This document shows, one piece after another, positions 50,220 to 63,800 of a DNA stretch of 64,000 bases (positions are counted from its first letter, which is position 1; each line of letters opens with the position of its first letter). The stretch lies in assembly GCA_004431415.1 (NCBI GenBank), contig QPMI01000049.1, positions 279,245-343,244 of the forward strand. Direction: 5' to 3'. The position numbers and the translations under genes were made by a program. Under the pieces are notes generated by a model. That model saw only the letters and a program-made list of their open reading frames with translations, made no database searches and was not told the DNA's origin. This DNA comes from Cyanophora paradoxa CCMP329. Its lineage: Eukaryota; Plantae; Glaucophyta.

Positions 50220-53200
50220 TCAAAATGGCTCTGATGGTGTGTTATCTGCAAAAACGCAAGCGCGAGAGCAATGTGCAGGCACGCTTTTGCATGAACATCT
50301 AGATAGATGGAAAGAAGGGATGAAGAGCAAAGACAGCGTGTGAAGAGAAATTGACAGAGGGCACACGTTTTTCACAGAGGCTTCGTCACCATCATCGTCC
50401 TGATCCCTATTCATTGGTTCATTAATGACACGCAAATTATGAGCAGCATTTATGTAAATATGTCGATTGACACGACCGAAGAAAAATTGCTCACTGATCT
50501 CTTCGAGCCCTCCTTCCTCCTCCCCTCCTTGTTTCCCCTTGCTGGCCGCGCCAGCATGCTTGTTCCCGGCACCAGCATGCTTGTTCCCGCACCAGCTGCA
50601 GATGCCTTGATCCTCGGCTTTTTGGAGGCGACGGCACTATTTGCTTCGGACTCGAGCTCCTCCTGCATCGGTGGATCGATTCGATTAATGGATCGATACA
50701 ATTAAGATATAACGACGTGATGCATCAGAAGCAGGCCAGATGTTGGCTCGGATGCACTCGTGTTAGCAGTGCTCTTTTGAAGAAGATTTCCTGCCCAGAA
50801 AATCGCTCGTTTCGCTCCGTTCGCCACTTGCATGTTCGGCTGCACCGGACCGCAGTCATCAAAGTAGCAACGAAAACCATCTTGGAAAGACTACGTGACT
50901 TACAACCTGCGCGGCGTCAATCAGTCCGGTTCCACGTGCTGCACACAATCCAAGAATTCTGACTGACCATCTGCACCGCGATCTCTTTTGCGACGCCTTT
51001 CTTCATGTAGAAGTATGGAATCTGTTTCTGAACCCAAGTTGGACAAACAGATGTCACGACAACCAGATCGTGGGCGCTCTGTACGGCATCGCAAAGGGCC
51101 TCGTCACGAGAACACGATTACTGGCGCTCATAAGGTAGTATTCAACGCATGCACCTCCTCCAATTCAAACAGGTTGGCCCGTACAAGCTGCGGATTGACG
51201 AATGATAAATCCACACGGCCGACGTACAACCCTGTCCCGACTATCTCGGCTGTCGCATTCGGAGCCCCAACGTGCATCAAGTCCACCAGCTCGAACTTGT
51301 TGAAGCGCATCAGACTGTTAGAATCGCTTCCGGTGCAGCAAGGAACGATTCACTGCGAAACGAAATCAGGTACGTCAAGATATCGAAAAATGAACAACAA
51401 GTACTGAAGTCTCCGGGCTGATGATTTGCTTAGAGAACTTATCAACCTCTTTTGCCCGCTCGACTTCTCGTTTCTGCATGCGTTTCATCTTTTTCGGCCA
51501 TTATACAAGGTGCGCCGTTCTGTCGCAAGAATGAGAAACCGTGGACAGCACATTTAAGATAATGGCTGGCACACAGCCACAGTAGTCCTCCATTCCGTGG
51601 TGCGACTTTGAACAAGATATCTAACGTGACCCTTTAGCCATTCCGTCACAACCTTTTCCGTGAACGGCTCCTGACGTGGTATGTCGGTGAATGATGATGA
51701 TGAGGAAAACAAAGATATGAACCGGTGCTGGATTTCCGTCTGGAACTCCTTCAGGATAAACGCCGTTTGCTGTCATTGTGCAACAGGTGTACTTGAGGGC
51801 GAGAAGGATGCGTTGAATCAGCTCTGTAGCGGACCATCGGAATTTAAAAAAGATATCATATTCCGAAAAAGCGATTCGCACTGCTGTACGATGTTTTCAT
51901 CTCAAGCCAAATGGTTGCCCAAGTGCGTCCAAATGCCTGAAGATATACCATAAATTGATACGAATAAAAGGAGACCGAGCATTGTGAATGAAGACTCGTG
52001 GATTCTTTTCGTCGCGCCTTCCGAGAAGAGAAACCTGAGCGTGGTTGGCGTTTTGCAATGGAAACTGAATGGAAATCTGAACTGAATGGTGAATGCAAAT
52101 CCGAACCATGCGTGATGGCCACGCAATCAACGCCCACAGGAAGCGCAGTGTCGTAGCTGTTTTCTCGGAGCTTCGCGAAGAGTGCAAGAAGAGCTTCACG
52201 CTGCCGACACGGATTTCATCAAAAAAATGAATCCGGTCATAAGGACATGAAGAAAGCGAACAGCCATCGCGATGACTGGTGTCTGCGGCTCTGATATTCA
52301 ACGGTCCCAATCAGAAGCCGCACTGAAGCCTCCAGCGTTGCCTTGAAGTCTACAGGACTTGTGGACGGCCGCGAAGATCGTGTTCGAGACGTCTGATTGT
52401 TTTTGTCATGCGCACGTATGTTGGTCATGTTTTGATCATGTGCGTGTGTAATTCGAAAAACGCACCAAAGACTCTCATGATATCGTCGACAAGAGTCTGT
52501 ACTTGAAGAGGCCAAGCTCCTCTGGATCGTTCGCAGGCTGCCTGAGAACCGATGCTGTTTGTGAGAGCGTAAGTTCTTCAACGTGCGATTGCAAACAGCA
52601 ATCGAGTTCACCCCACGCATTGGCGTTACTGCGACCGCCCGAAAGCGGTGCGCAGCGAGACCCGCGTATGAGTTCTCCTTCTCCGACCCCTCGCGGTCGG
52701 ATCCATCGTTTTGTTCTCATCGTTCTTCTGAAGGATTGCTGTCGTCGATCTGCCGACTGTATTCACGCTCTGATTCTTCAGAATCTGCGCTTCCCATCAG
52801 TTTGCGATAGCAATACACAACAGCAGGACCACATTCGAGCAAGGAAGCAGCGTTCGCCAAAAGCGTCATCGGCTTCCACAAAATCAGAGGCGTAACCGGT
52901 GAAGAAGAAATTGCAGACACAAAGAAAGACAGCACCTTCAGAGGACCTCCTTTATCAGCAGTCTGAGGGCAAAGCACCGACCAGATTTCAGACCGGCAGC
53001 ATCGATATTCGAATGGTGAAACAACGGGAAATCACCTTCAACGAAGGAACTGCCGCTGGAATATTTTCGCCAGAGACGGTTGCTGCCTGAAGCAACAGCA
53101 ACGGCAAAGGTTTCAGCACTCGGCATCAGCATTCGAACGCTCGAATTGCTGAAGAACACCGTTTTGAAGCGGCCGCCAGAGGAGTTTCCGGCCTGAACAT

Positions 53201-53960
53201 GTGAGGAGAGCTCTTAGCATCGGCTGTCAAGTCCATAAAGCGCTGGATGCATGCACACCGCTGGAACTGGAACGGGTTCTCCGCCTTTGCTTCGGTTTCC
53301 ACAGTTCGGGACCTTCCAATAGCTGCACATGTAGTGTAAGCTGTTATACTAGCGGGACGAGTAAGACTGCGTACATTCAACGCAAGTATTTCTGGCCAGA
53401 GTGCATCTCCTCGCCGCTTCTTGATTTTCTGCCAGAAGAGCATCAAAATTTGAAGGATCAATATCAACATCGTCTGCCAGCAAGTCACAGGAGCTGTACA
53501 GGGAATCAACCTTTCGCAACACAGCTTCGTATTTGCAAAATGAATGCGCACGTGATGAGGCCAAGCGTAGATCGATGTCGCGAACCTCCTGAGCAGCAGC
53601 ATGAAGCTCTCTTACGCTCTTCATCGCGTCTCCGAGAACAGGCGGAATGACAATTTTGCTCGATATCGGTAACACTTCGTTGGCTTCTTCGACTGCAGCT
53701 AGAAAAGCTCGTTCGACGTTAAAAACCTGATTGGAACCACGCCCGTTGGTCTAATTGCGACGATTGCATAGAAGGAACCTAACGTGGGCGCACGTTGTCG
53801 TATCATAGTTCATGTGCACGGCCGGAGGTTCTGCACGTCCACAATCTCTGTGGAGCTAATGAAACGATTGCAACAGCGGCATATCCACAGCGTACGCGTA
53901 CACATAGACCTTGTGGAGCTCATTGAACAACGCAGTCCTCCACTTGAAGACATTTGCTTT
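50220..53960 (-). CDS. Transposon-internal hypothetical gene(s) B (spliced, frameshifted)
   Basis: Series of protein-like minus-strand exons, e.g. VFNVERAFLAAVEEANEVLPISSKIVIPPVLGDAMKSVRELHAAAQEVRDIDLRL, DPEELGLFKYRLLST and MRFNKFELVDLMHVGAPNATAEIVGTGLYVGRVDL. No family recognised. Confidence 0.5.
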
Positions 53961-54161
53961 TCGTGCTACGATTACTGCGCAGGCTTGGTACCGCGGAAAA
54001 GCGCACCATAGTACAAGCATGCGCACCATTTGCACGCTAGCTTCCGCTGGGGTCGCGGTAACGCATGCACGCCACTAGTGCTCACTGGCGCCGCGGGCTG
54101 GCCATTGGGCAGTCAACTCTGCGAACAGCGCTAAGTGACATTCTGTTGCTGTCTCATTGCT

Positions 54162-54201
54162 GCCTAGGAGCGCATCTCATCGCCTAGGTGCGCATCTCAT
54201 C
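54162..54201. promoter_or_regulatory. 20-bp tandem duplication in the divergent spacer between gene B and the transposase
   Basis: GCCTAGG(A/T)GCGCATCTCATC occurs twice. A regulatory role is inferred from position only. Confidence 0.3.
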
Positions 54202-54283
54202 GCGTCGCTGTACCGGCTTCGGAAAACTCCGATCGCACTACAGCAAGACTAAGCACACTCAGAAGAGCTCAAGATGCTTACGG

Positions 54284-57200
54284 ATGGTCGAGATGCTCCA
54301 CGCCGATGTTTTCAAACTGCGCCGTGTACCCCCGGGGGGAAGAACCTGGAGCAGCGGTGCGAACCACGCCATGCAGCGGTCAGAGCGACTGCGGTGCGAA
54401 TGTCAGAAGTGTCAAGGCAAGTTAGTGCGTCCTGAGGTTTTCAATGCACATCAACTGCTAGCGCACACCGGATTCAGTAGCAGCGATCGGCAGTCGAGTG
54501 CCCTTGCTCGCGCTGCAATGGAAGCGCGTCTCGTCTTGGTGCAAGGATACATTTGCACCTAGACAAATATGGATCCAGTCTAGTAGAGCAAGCTGCCCGG
54601 AGAGCTCCTGTAAGCGATTTCGTTCCTTTCGTAGCCGAAGTTCTTGACGTACCGATCCCGACAATTTCGTTCGAGCGGCACTAAGAAGACGACGATTAGC
54701 AGCCCGGCAGCACTTCAAGGCAACGAGCGACAAACAGATTCCAATTCGAAGCGCAAACGTGTCAACAATAAAGCCGCTCGTATGCTGCGAAGCTGGTAGA
54801 TATACTGATCGTATTGGTCCTCAAGAAAACGGCAATGAACCTGGACATGATCCAATATCGTCGATGCATCGATGGCGATGATCATGCTCATGAGGCTTTC
54901 GACGACCCAGCCGCAGAGGAAGGCCAAGCGGACGACATACGTGCAGACCAGCTAGGCGGATCAAGTGGATTATGGCTAGAGTCGATCAGGACGCAGCGCT
55001 CGACGGCTCAGATGATGAATGCACTACCAACAGGCAGAATTTTTATTCTGAGCCTCTTTTTGAGGGCTGTAAAGTGTCGGTGCGTGCTGGAGCATTCAAT
55101 ACATTGCTTGATATTGGCTGTATTGGCTTTTTAACTTTCTCTAGCGCATGGATTACATCACTTTTTGCCTCGCATTGAAGAAACGCTTTACACAAGCACC
55201 TGTTGAGATGTTTGCATCAATCAACGCGGCTGTGTCTCTCATCATTGAGGCCAACAAACTGCAACGAGCAGCTCGGTCTTGGAAGAGAATGATTAGAGAA
55301 ATCCAAGAATTCGTAGCGGTAAATAATCAACCACTTTCAATTTCGTGTTCGAACGTTAACATTCCTGCTCAGCCTTCCATCACTTTCAGGACATGTGGGT
55401 ATAAGAGACAAAGCACAAGGTGGCGATTTGCAAGACAGTCTGGATCGAAGACGGAACTGTTCTCCAAATACAGTCTGCGAGTGTGCCATTCAACCTATGC
55501 CGATGGTGTGGTGGGCTTCTTTTTTGATCCGACCGGAGTTTTCAGCAGCTACTGAACAGTCCTTCGTATTATCCCCGGTTCCAGTGCGTTGATTTCGATT
55601 CTGTCGTGCGGCCACGGCTGATCAAATTTACACAACGGCGTCCAGTTACGGCGTTCGAGCAATACAGATTGGGGCGATCGTGTTCCAGATTACTATTTGC
55701 GGTCGCAAGAATCCGAAACCCAACATCTCACTGGCGACTTTGTTCAATCAAGACTTTTCTCTTCTCTTCACGAGGAGGGCTGTGTGCGAATTCGGACGGT
55801 CTTGGAGTGTGTGCGCATACTCTACAGATTCCGCAGTGACGCAAGCTGGTCATTTCCACACCTACAGCTTATTCTGAAAACTGGACTCTAATGTCGTGTT
55901 TCTAGGTCCACGGCGCTCTTTCACCCCTGTGTTTGTGTACCTATGTCTGCGCATCCTAATTGGCGGTGCGTGATCATTATCTCGCTTTCCGCTTTTCGCC
56001 ATTGTCTCACCCCGTTTCGCTCAGAACAGCAATGCAACGCCTTGTTTTTCTCATGGATGGAAGCGAGAAACTTCGATGAATGTTCCGCGTATTCCTTACA
56101 CCGTGCTTGTTGCCAACAGCCGCCGCCCCAGGAGTCCCCGCTCCGAAGCCAAGGTTTGCATGCCTTATAATCTGTCTCTTTCTTTCAATCATTCAATACC
56201 GTTGAGCAGAGTGGGTTTTGCAATCCTCTCACCGGCAAACTGACAAGCATATTTCACAATGGCTCTCAATATCGATGACCTCCCCGGATGCGCAACGGCA
56301 TTTATGATAAGTTCGCGTAACGCATCCTTGCGCGGCTTTGTATTCCGGACAGAAACCTAAACTTTCTGCAGCGTCGCACAGTGGCGAGCACGGCCATCCG
56401 CTTCGGAAGGTGGATTTCTGGAAAGCGCAGAGCAAAACCGCCGGAAAAACATGTTTCAAGCACACGATCTCCGCTCAAACATGGATGCGGAGTTGTGCGT
56501 ACTGACCAAGGATCATGATAGACCCCATCTGCCCGAACGGACTACTGCATGTGCATCGAGCCGACGGACTGAAACGTTCCCACTGCAGCTGTTCTGACAC
56601 CTTCGGTACAGCGAGCCGACGGACATGCTGTAGAGTCCAACGCCAAAGATGGTTTCGGAAAGAGATTACGCAAACAGCTTTTGTTCAATTGTGAAAACGA
56701 AAACCTTCGGTAAACCTTTTAGAATGGATATAAGTGAACATCCTTCGAACGCGCCGTCCATTGAATTGTCTCTGACCAGGCGTTCAAGGCTTGCCGACTT
56801 TAGCGGATGGCCACACTTTCGGCTCGCCCCTATGCGACTTCAGCGAGAGCGACTGGAGTTCCTGCGGCATGGCGAGCTGAATTTCGACATGGGTGTTGAC
56901 CGTTCAGGGGCGCGGCATACTGACGAATTCCACCTCGTCAAAACCGTCTGGCGGATGTCTTCAACTATCTTCGCGGCAACGCGAATAATGGTGATAAGCT
57001 CAGTCCTACCTCGATTCAGTGTGTCGTTGCATCTTCCAACTTCCATTCGTGTTGATTTGCAACGTACAACCACTAACTTAATTACTTTCGTCAATGCGAA
57101 GTTAGCATCAACATGGATGTTCTTGTCCTTTACAGGCGCCAAGCGAAGCGGAAATACGCTGCGCAGAGCAAAGATGGAAAAGGATCGGCGACTTTACGAA

Positions 57201-59080
57201 GCAGCTCTCCGAAATGGCAAGCCTCCTCCACGCAGCCAGTCGACCTTGTCGCGGAACTCGAAGATAACGCGCCGTTTGCCTGGGAAGCCACTGAACGGCT
57301 GTACGATGCTATCGAGCGTGTTGCAAGGCGCGCACGATATCCGCACTTTTCAGAACAACGGTAAGAATTAAATTCGCCAGACCAATTTAAGTGAAGTTCG
57401 CATTACAAATCGAGAAGAGCGAACTTTGATGTTATAATTAGACTAGCAGGAGTAACCATGTGTGCAGATGGACGAACCGTCGTTTTACGGACTGACGAAC
57501 TTTCAAAGTTCGCTATTGCAGACGTGGCAGGCGACATTCTGCATGGTCTTGATGCGGATATGGATAACAGAATTGCCTCTATCGGATCCTCGTAATCATC
57601 ACTGGACGTCCTGCACGGCATTGGTCGAAGTAACGTTGAGAAAGCAAAGGCTCCGACACGTCCGTGACGTTGTAACATTGTTTATCCGGACTTCTTGCTT
57701 GAACTCCGCAAACTAGCAGTTTACAAGGGTGCGAACGTCACTACGTACCCGTGCCGTTCTGGACAATGTATGCAGCTCTCGTTGTATGCGTGCGCGAACC
57801 ATTGGCTGTAGCTTGCCTGCAATCGGCTAAATGTGCGAAGAGTGACGGATGCATCGAGCTGGGCGGCCAGCAGTTTCTTCCCGTGGACGGAGCGGGCGGT
57901 CACAATGTGAAAGTTACTGCAGGATCGGGCACAATCACTCTGATAACGAGTCGGCCGACGAACGCAGGCAAGTTGTGAAAATATCTATTGCAATGCATAT
58001 TGAATTCGTATTGGACGTTTGAACGGATTTTGTTTGCAGAAATGGAGCCCTTGCCGTCCTGCAGCATGCACAAGCGGTTCTTGAACAAATTCACACCTTC
58101 TGACACGGAAAAGCCGGTCCATTCGGAAGGGCAAACGTGGCTACAGCTACGATATTCACACAGCTGGCGTCGATACAGTAAGAAAACCAACCAGAGCTGG
58201 GTTCATTCTTGAAGGAAGTTCGAAATTCGAATTCGCAATTGCCGCGCCAGCTGCAGATCTAGAGTCTAATCTGCCCCACATTGATGACAAACTCGCATTA
58301 ATTCTGCACAGTGATGACAATCACGATGAAGAGTACGGTGCTTAATCTCTTCGTTTTGCGAGCGGGAAGCTGTTCGAAATCCCCGTATCTGGCCGTTTTC
58401 TTCGACCTCTACGTTGACGAGCGAGAGCGATTCATAGAGACTAAAGGCACCTGTTGAACCATCCGGATATCGATCCGCCCTGTTTGTTCTTCGTGTCATG
58501 ATCAGCATGCGCACCCAGGCCGAGCTGGGAATACACGATAGAACCTGTATGCCGGAGCTGGGCCCTGGCTCCGTGATCGCACTTCTCCAGCATGCCTCGA
58601 GAATGGATTGGCGTCCCACCTCGAAAGGAACTATGTATCCTTGCTTTTACGCCAACCACCACCTGTCATTTCCAGCGAACTCTCAACCGACAAGCACGAC
58701 AGCTCATTCATGTCCTTATCGCGATGGTTCCCGACGGCAGCTCTGCGACGAGGGGGCCATCCCTACCCTATCATTCCCCTCGGGCGAATGGGTTACCTCA
58801 GCGCGAGGAGATCCAACGCATCCTGACCGGCGAGAGCCGTCCGCGCTTGCTCGTGCAGAGGCCTTTTCGAGTTCGCCCACGCAAAGCACCCGGGGTGCGT
58901 TTCGCATCATTCGAGCTGCGTCTACCCTTCTCAGCTTGCTCGTTTATGCCCAACTTGAACTGCGACGAATCGACATCACCAAGAGACCTCTCTGTCGTTG
59001 GTTGCCTGACACCATCGGCCTTGGCGCCTGATGCCTCTCCCCGACCACACATCGTCGCAATTCGAGCGTGTGCTCCCTAA
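54284..59080 (+). CDS. En/Spm (CACTA, TnpD/Transposase_21-like) DDE transposase; spliced and heavily frameshifted
   Basis: Motifs occur in En/Spm order: N-terminal CECQKC...FNAH; EPLFEGCKVS...TLL (cf. PLYEGC..S); catalytic-region MDG..F...YS..P...N..PP (about 56050-56140, across frameshifts); NIDDL..MRNGIYD...LRGFVF; TDEFHLVKTV (cf. D.MH..KNV); ARYPHF; and SYWTFER (cf. W.Y/F.FER of DUF4218). Confidence 0.75.
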
Positions 59081-59258
59081 CCCAACAATCGATCACCTTA
59101 TCAGAGCTCAGCATGCTTCCCAGATAAGAGAGTAGGAACTTTCTTGCGAGCGGCTGCCGTTCACGTCCTGCGTAAAACGTAGCCTACAGCGCATGCGCAA
59201 ACGTCATTTATGCAAATAATTAGCTGTAAACAAATTTATTATTTCTTGTGGCCTGCGC

Positions 59259-59915
59259 ATGCAGCCGCAGAGCCTCGAGCCGGGCCTTTCGATCCGTCCT
59301 GGTGATAAAGCACACAATCATGATTCTTCTGATCATGAGCCCTTCGAGCTCGTGATCATGAAGCCTCAGGCCTCGGTACCAGGCGACTCGGCGAGCTCGA
59401 CGCATGCCAGTCATGATCAAAAGCTCGTGTCTCGTAGCAAGCAACCCTCCGGCCGCCTAGAAGACACACGGCGCTATGATGGGAGCTCGAGCCTCGAGAA
59501 AGCCTCAGCCTCCTTTGAGGCCCAGGGACATCGCTGGTCATAGACTCTAGATCTGAGAGCCTCGGAGCTCGAGCTTGTGATCATGTGCATCGGATCATGA
59601 CGCCGCTGAGCCTCACTGGCTCAGCCTCGGCAGCTCCCTTTGAGGCTCCGATCCCTGATCATGACTTAATGCAGCCGCAGAGCTCGAGGCCCGGCCTTTC
59701 GGATCCGGTCCTGGTGATAAAGCACACAATCATGATTCTTCTGATCATGAGCCCATCGAGCTCGTGATCATGAAGCCTCAGCCTCGGTACCAGGCGACTC
59801 GGCGAGCTCGACGCATGGCCAGTCATGATCAAAAAGCTCGTGTCTCGTAGCAAGCAACCCTCCGGGCCCAGCCTAGAAGACACACGGCGCTGATGATGGA
59901 CTCGAGCCTCGAGAT
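59259..59915. repeat. Direct duplication of a ~240-bp palindrome-rich unit (59259-59500 and 59669-59915)
   Basis: Near-identical copies ATGCAGCCGCAGAG...GATAAAGCACACAATCATGATTCTTCTGATCATGAG...CTAGAAGACACACGGCGC, lying between the convergent transposase and SET loci. Confidence 0.9.
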
Positions 59916-60099
59916 CCGCATGATGGGCCGGAGCCACTAGGACGATAATATTTAATTATGCCTCTGTCCCCTCATGATCAGCGAGGACGCTTATGCACAT
60001 GAGATATGACGTCGTGCATGCGCTGTGCACGTGTGAATGCCTGCAGGCCAGTTGCTTCCTCATCAATTCAAATCTATTACTTCCTATTCCTCAAAAGCT

Positions 60100-60875
60100 A
60101 CTCTCCTAATTCCTAATAAAGCTACATTCTCCCCTACACATAGATGCGATTCGGCTTTTGCAATTGGGTCGGCGGCACTCGGGCATTTGCATATTTGCTC
60201 TTGGCTGCTGTCGTCGAGGGGTTCCGACTGGAGCCCGGAGTCGTGAATCGAAGAATGTGGGAATGTGACTACGTCAGCACGTACCGAATACTTCCACGTG
60301 AGGGATCACCTGGCTCAATGTCTAACAAAGCATAAAACCCAAAACGATATCTGTCACAACCATCACTGTCGAAGCTCGACGTTCGGTTTGCAGCTGTGAT
60401 TCTGCAGCACTGGCCAGCCCCCGGCTGCCATATCCAGCAACCTGCACGCGCAGGCCTGTTCAAGCAAGTAGGAAGGTACTTGTAATTGAAGAAAGAACGG
60501 AATAACCAGTTGAGAAGATGTTTCAGTCGAACATGCGTGTGAGCCGCGTAGCTTTCGACGGGAACTTGCTCTGGACCTGTTGCATTTGTTCCCAGAAGCT
60601 CTCCCAAAACATGCCTGCTCGTATTCTGGGGGCCCACTTCGGGTTCGGATGCCAACACCACAGTCATTCTGCTCGTCGAAAACTTCACGAAATACTTGAA
60701 GACTGACCCCGATCTTGAAGTTCCGATTTCCGCATCGGTAGTGCCATAAGAGCAGTTGAAAGGAGTGCATGGTATTCGGAAACAATGTTGGCAAGCAGGA
60801 GAATCGCGGCAAAGAAGCAGACGTGACCCCGTGGCCCGAAGCAGACGCAGCAATCATGCTCAGTTGTTCTCTCAC
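60100..60875 (-). CDS. AWS-SET-postSET histone lysine methyltransferase domain (SET2/ASH1/NSD-like), frameshifted
   Basis: Cys-rich pre-SET segment HDCCVCFGPRGHVC / CRDSPACQHC..PCTPFNC / RCGNRNF. SET start CGVGIRTR and HVLGELLG. Signature LLDMAAGGWPVLQNHSCKPN (NHSCKPN at 60381-60401). Then RFGFYALLDIEPGD and a post-SET KC..ECRRPNCKSRI. Motifs are spread over alternating frames. Confidence 0.85.
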
Positions 60876-63800
60876 TGCCGCGCGAACAGCGCGGTCAAAA
60901 ATCGAACAGCGCTAGAACAACGCTCACGAACCGGCTTTTGGATATGTGGAAACTGGAAGTTAGAATTGTAAGCCTTGATAACCTCATTCATCCGCTTTTT
61001 TGCCAGCTCGATCCATCATGTGAAATTCGGGCCTGGTTGGAGGGCGAGTATGATAAAGTTCTGAACGTGTTCCAGATGTGCGGAGAGGACTCAATTCTGG
61101 AGTTCTGAGCTCGGACTTCCGAGATGTACCTGCAAACGAGCACATGAAAAGGAGAATACGAAGCTGAACCCTCCCGAACCTGAGTTCAAGTTCTTTGATG
61201 TGCTCTTCAGGGGAAGCCGTGATATCGTGATTGATGAAACGCGCCATAAGTGCAGAGTAAGTTTCTCCTGAATCTTCGAGAGAAATCGGATACGTGTACG
61301 AAGCCTCTTCTCGTATTCTTCCTCATGCAGCTGCCCTGTTGGGTACCACATCTGCAACGTCGGAGGCCTAACGGCGCCAGACGCGTCGAGAATGTCGTTC
61401 AGACATTCAGACAACTGGAGTAAGAAGTCGCCTGCATGGACTCCGCACTGCCGTTAAGCCTTCAGTACCGGTAAATTTCAGCAATGCGAGCAATTGAAAT
61501 GCCGACCGACAATGTGAACGCGTCCTGAGCAGTTGACGTGGAGCAGGGAAATAAATCGATTCGACAGACACGGTCCTCAAGTCGTGTTCCGGCAACCACG
61601 GTCACATCCTCGCATGCTCGAAAGCATCTCACCAGCGATGACAGCCGAGTTTTGAAAGTAGGTCCCAAGAGAATCGTAAAAAACCATTCCCGCCCATCCG
61701 AGAACTCAAAAGCACGTGACAGTCCTTTGCGATGAAAAAAATAAGCGAAACGATATTGTTATACGTTAAAGAATAGATTACCAGTGGAATGCCTCTCCAA
61801 TACGAAGCGCCCCGGGCGTGGTTGCGGTGCCGTTCCAGAGATGCAATTGGAGACAATGCTCTCAACGACATTCCATGAATTCTAGGGGTCGGATTCCAAG
61901 TTGACGCATCAACTGTTTCGCACCAACAATCTCCAAAACTGTTTATAATTATGCTCGAAATTAGCAATGGAAGACTTTGAAGATCATTACGCACAATTCT
62001 GCATGTGGATGTCATTGAAGGTCACCCAGCGTGTGCTCTGAAGAAAAGCGAAGCCTCCCGTGAATTCCGGCAACTCCGGCACGTCAGCAAGCGGACGCTC
62101 AAGTCTTCTGGTTCGAGGCGAAAACACGTGAAATGCGTCCACGTTGTACTTGAGTACAATCCTTGAGACAGTTCGTGGCCGAAGCCTTGCCTGCTTGAAC
62201 TGAATCTGAATTCCCGTCGATCACCTTGTTGGCGCAGCTGAGAATCCCAGGTATTGAAACGACCAAGAAGTCTGCAGTGATGCACATCGCGTTCGACCAT
62301 GGATGATGGGAAAGTTCTTTTGAAAAACAGGATGTCAAAACAGCTTGCTTAGAGTAAAAAGACAGCAACTTGGCCCACCAGGAGCCCGAGGCGCACTGAA
62401 CCGCAAGACGGACGAAGATTGATTCGCGATATCGTGTTCCATCACTTGATCACTATAACAGCGTGCGTTAATTCTGCATTCATCACATTAAACAGAGAAT
62501 AGGTGATCCATATGTAAGAAAAAAGGGAGCTCACCCAGACTTCCGAAGTCGCAAGCCCGGCTTCGCCGATAACCACTCTGTGCGTTGTGTATACGCCTCG
62601 ACAACGCAATCACTTTGGGAATTCGCTGAACATAACGGATCGGCACTGCTGAAGAAAGGATATCTGAAGTTTTTTGAAGCTTGCGAGAAACATCTGCAAG
62701 ATTTCGAATCCGACGAGTTTCTTCAGACGAAATGGAAGCTGCCTCTCCATGAGAGCAAATATGAGGCTGAGCTGCCTCAGAACGCCACCTGAACCTGCTC
62801 CTATGTCCGCAATCACAACCTCTGGCGAGTCCAGCTCCAAGTCGAGTTCCCTTCCGGCAAGACCCCCCGGAAATAACTCTGCTATCGTTTTGATGTCAAC
62901 GAGGCCGAGCTCGCCATAATTCAAAGATCGAGAGAGCGATCCAATGATGAGCTTTCATGTTGTCTTGTTTCTTCAGGAATGCTGGGCAGACTCTCCTTCC
63001 GGATATGAAACGCATATCTACACCGCTCCGCTTCATCCGCATAGCGACCATTTGTGACAACCCAGCGCGAGTTGCCAGCGCCGTGGAAGTGTCACATCGA
63101 CTGAATTCAATCATGCCACGGGAGCAAGAAACGACAGCGGGGCGACTTCGTTTTCTCGCTTCTGCGCTTCACTGGCTTGTCGCCTTCGATCACTCAGAAT
63201 TAAAAAACCAGAACATTTAGACGCTCGAACCGACATACGGAGCTGAAGCTAAGATTGGAGGACTTCGCTGCAGCCTGACGCCTGCACGCTGCTGCCGTGG
63301 TGCGCGATGCACTGAGTCAACAGATGCGTCTGAGAATTGGGATCGTCGTTCGCGCCGTATGGCTTCTGGCTGAAGTCTATTGCTGAGTCGTTTCCGGCTG
63401 AACGCGTTCTTTTAATTCCCTGGCCAGGCTCTGGTCCGAAATCAACGCCTGACACGCGGGGTATCAGTTCAGAGATGGAAACATGAGCCATGATTCATGC
63501 ATATGCTCACCGGGTATATTCTGAGTAAGGTAAGCCCAAATTTGATGCGTGTTCGGAAGTCGACCAGACGGTGTGCGAGCGGAAGGGTCCTTCGAATTCT
63601 TGATAGCGTACCGGTACCACGACACCCTCCAGTTGCTCAACTGTGGATGCGTTTTAGGCCGATCCGTACTGGGCTGCTGCGGTAGGTCGCTGCGCATGCT
63701 CTTCCGGCGCCGTTTGACGGTGACGGGCCGATGTGCAGCTAAAGGGCGTGGGAACTCATGATCATGATCACGATTCTCATGGCAGGTTGGCGAATTCCGT

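Noticed and set aside
51540-51620. PHD-finger-like NGGLLWLCASHYLKC in gene B
   Set aside because: The Cys/His spacing is incomplete, and the neighbouring frame (EWLKGHVRYLVQSRTTEW) looks like the real coding frame.
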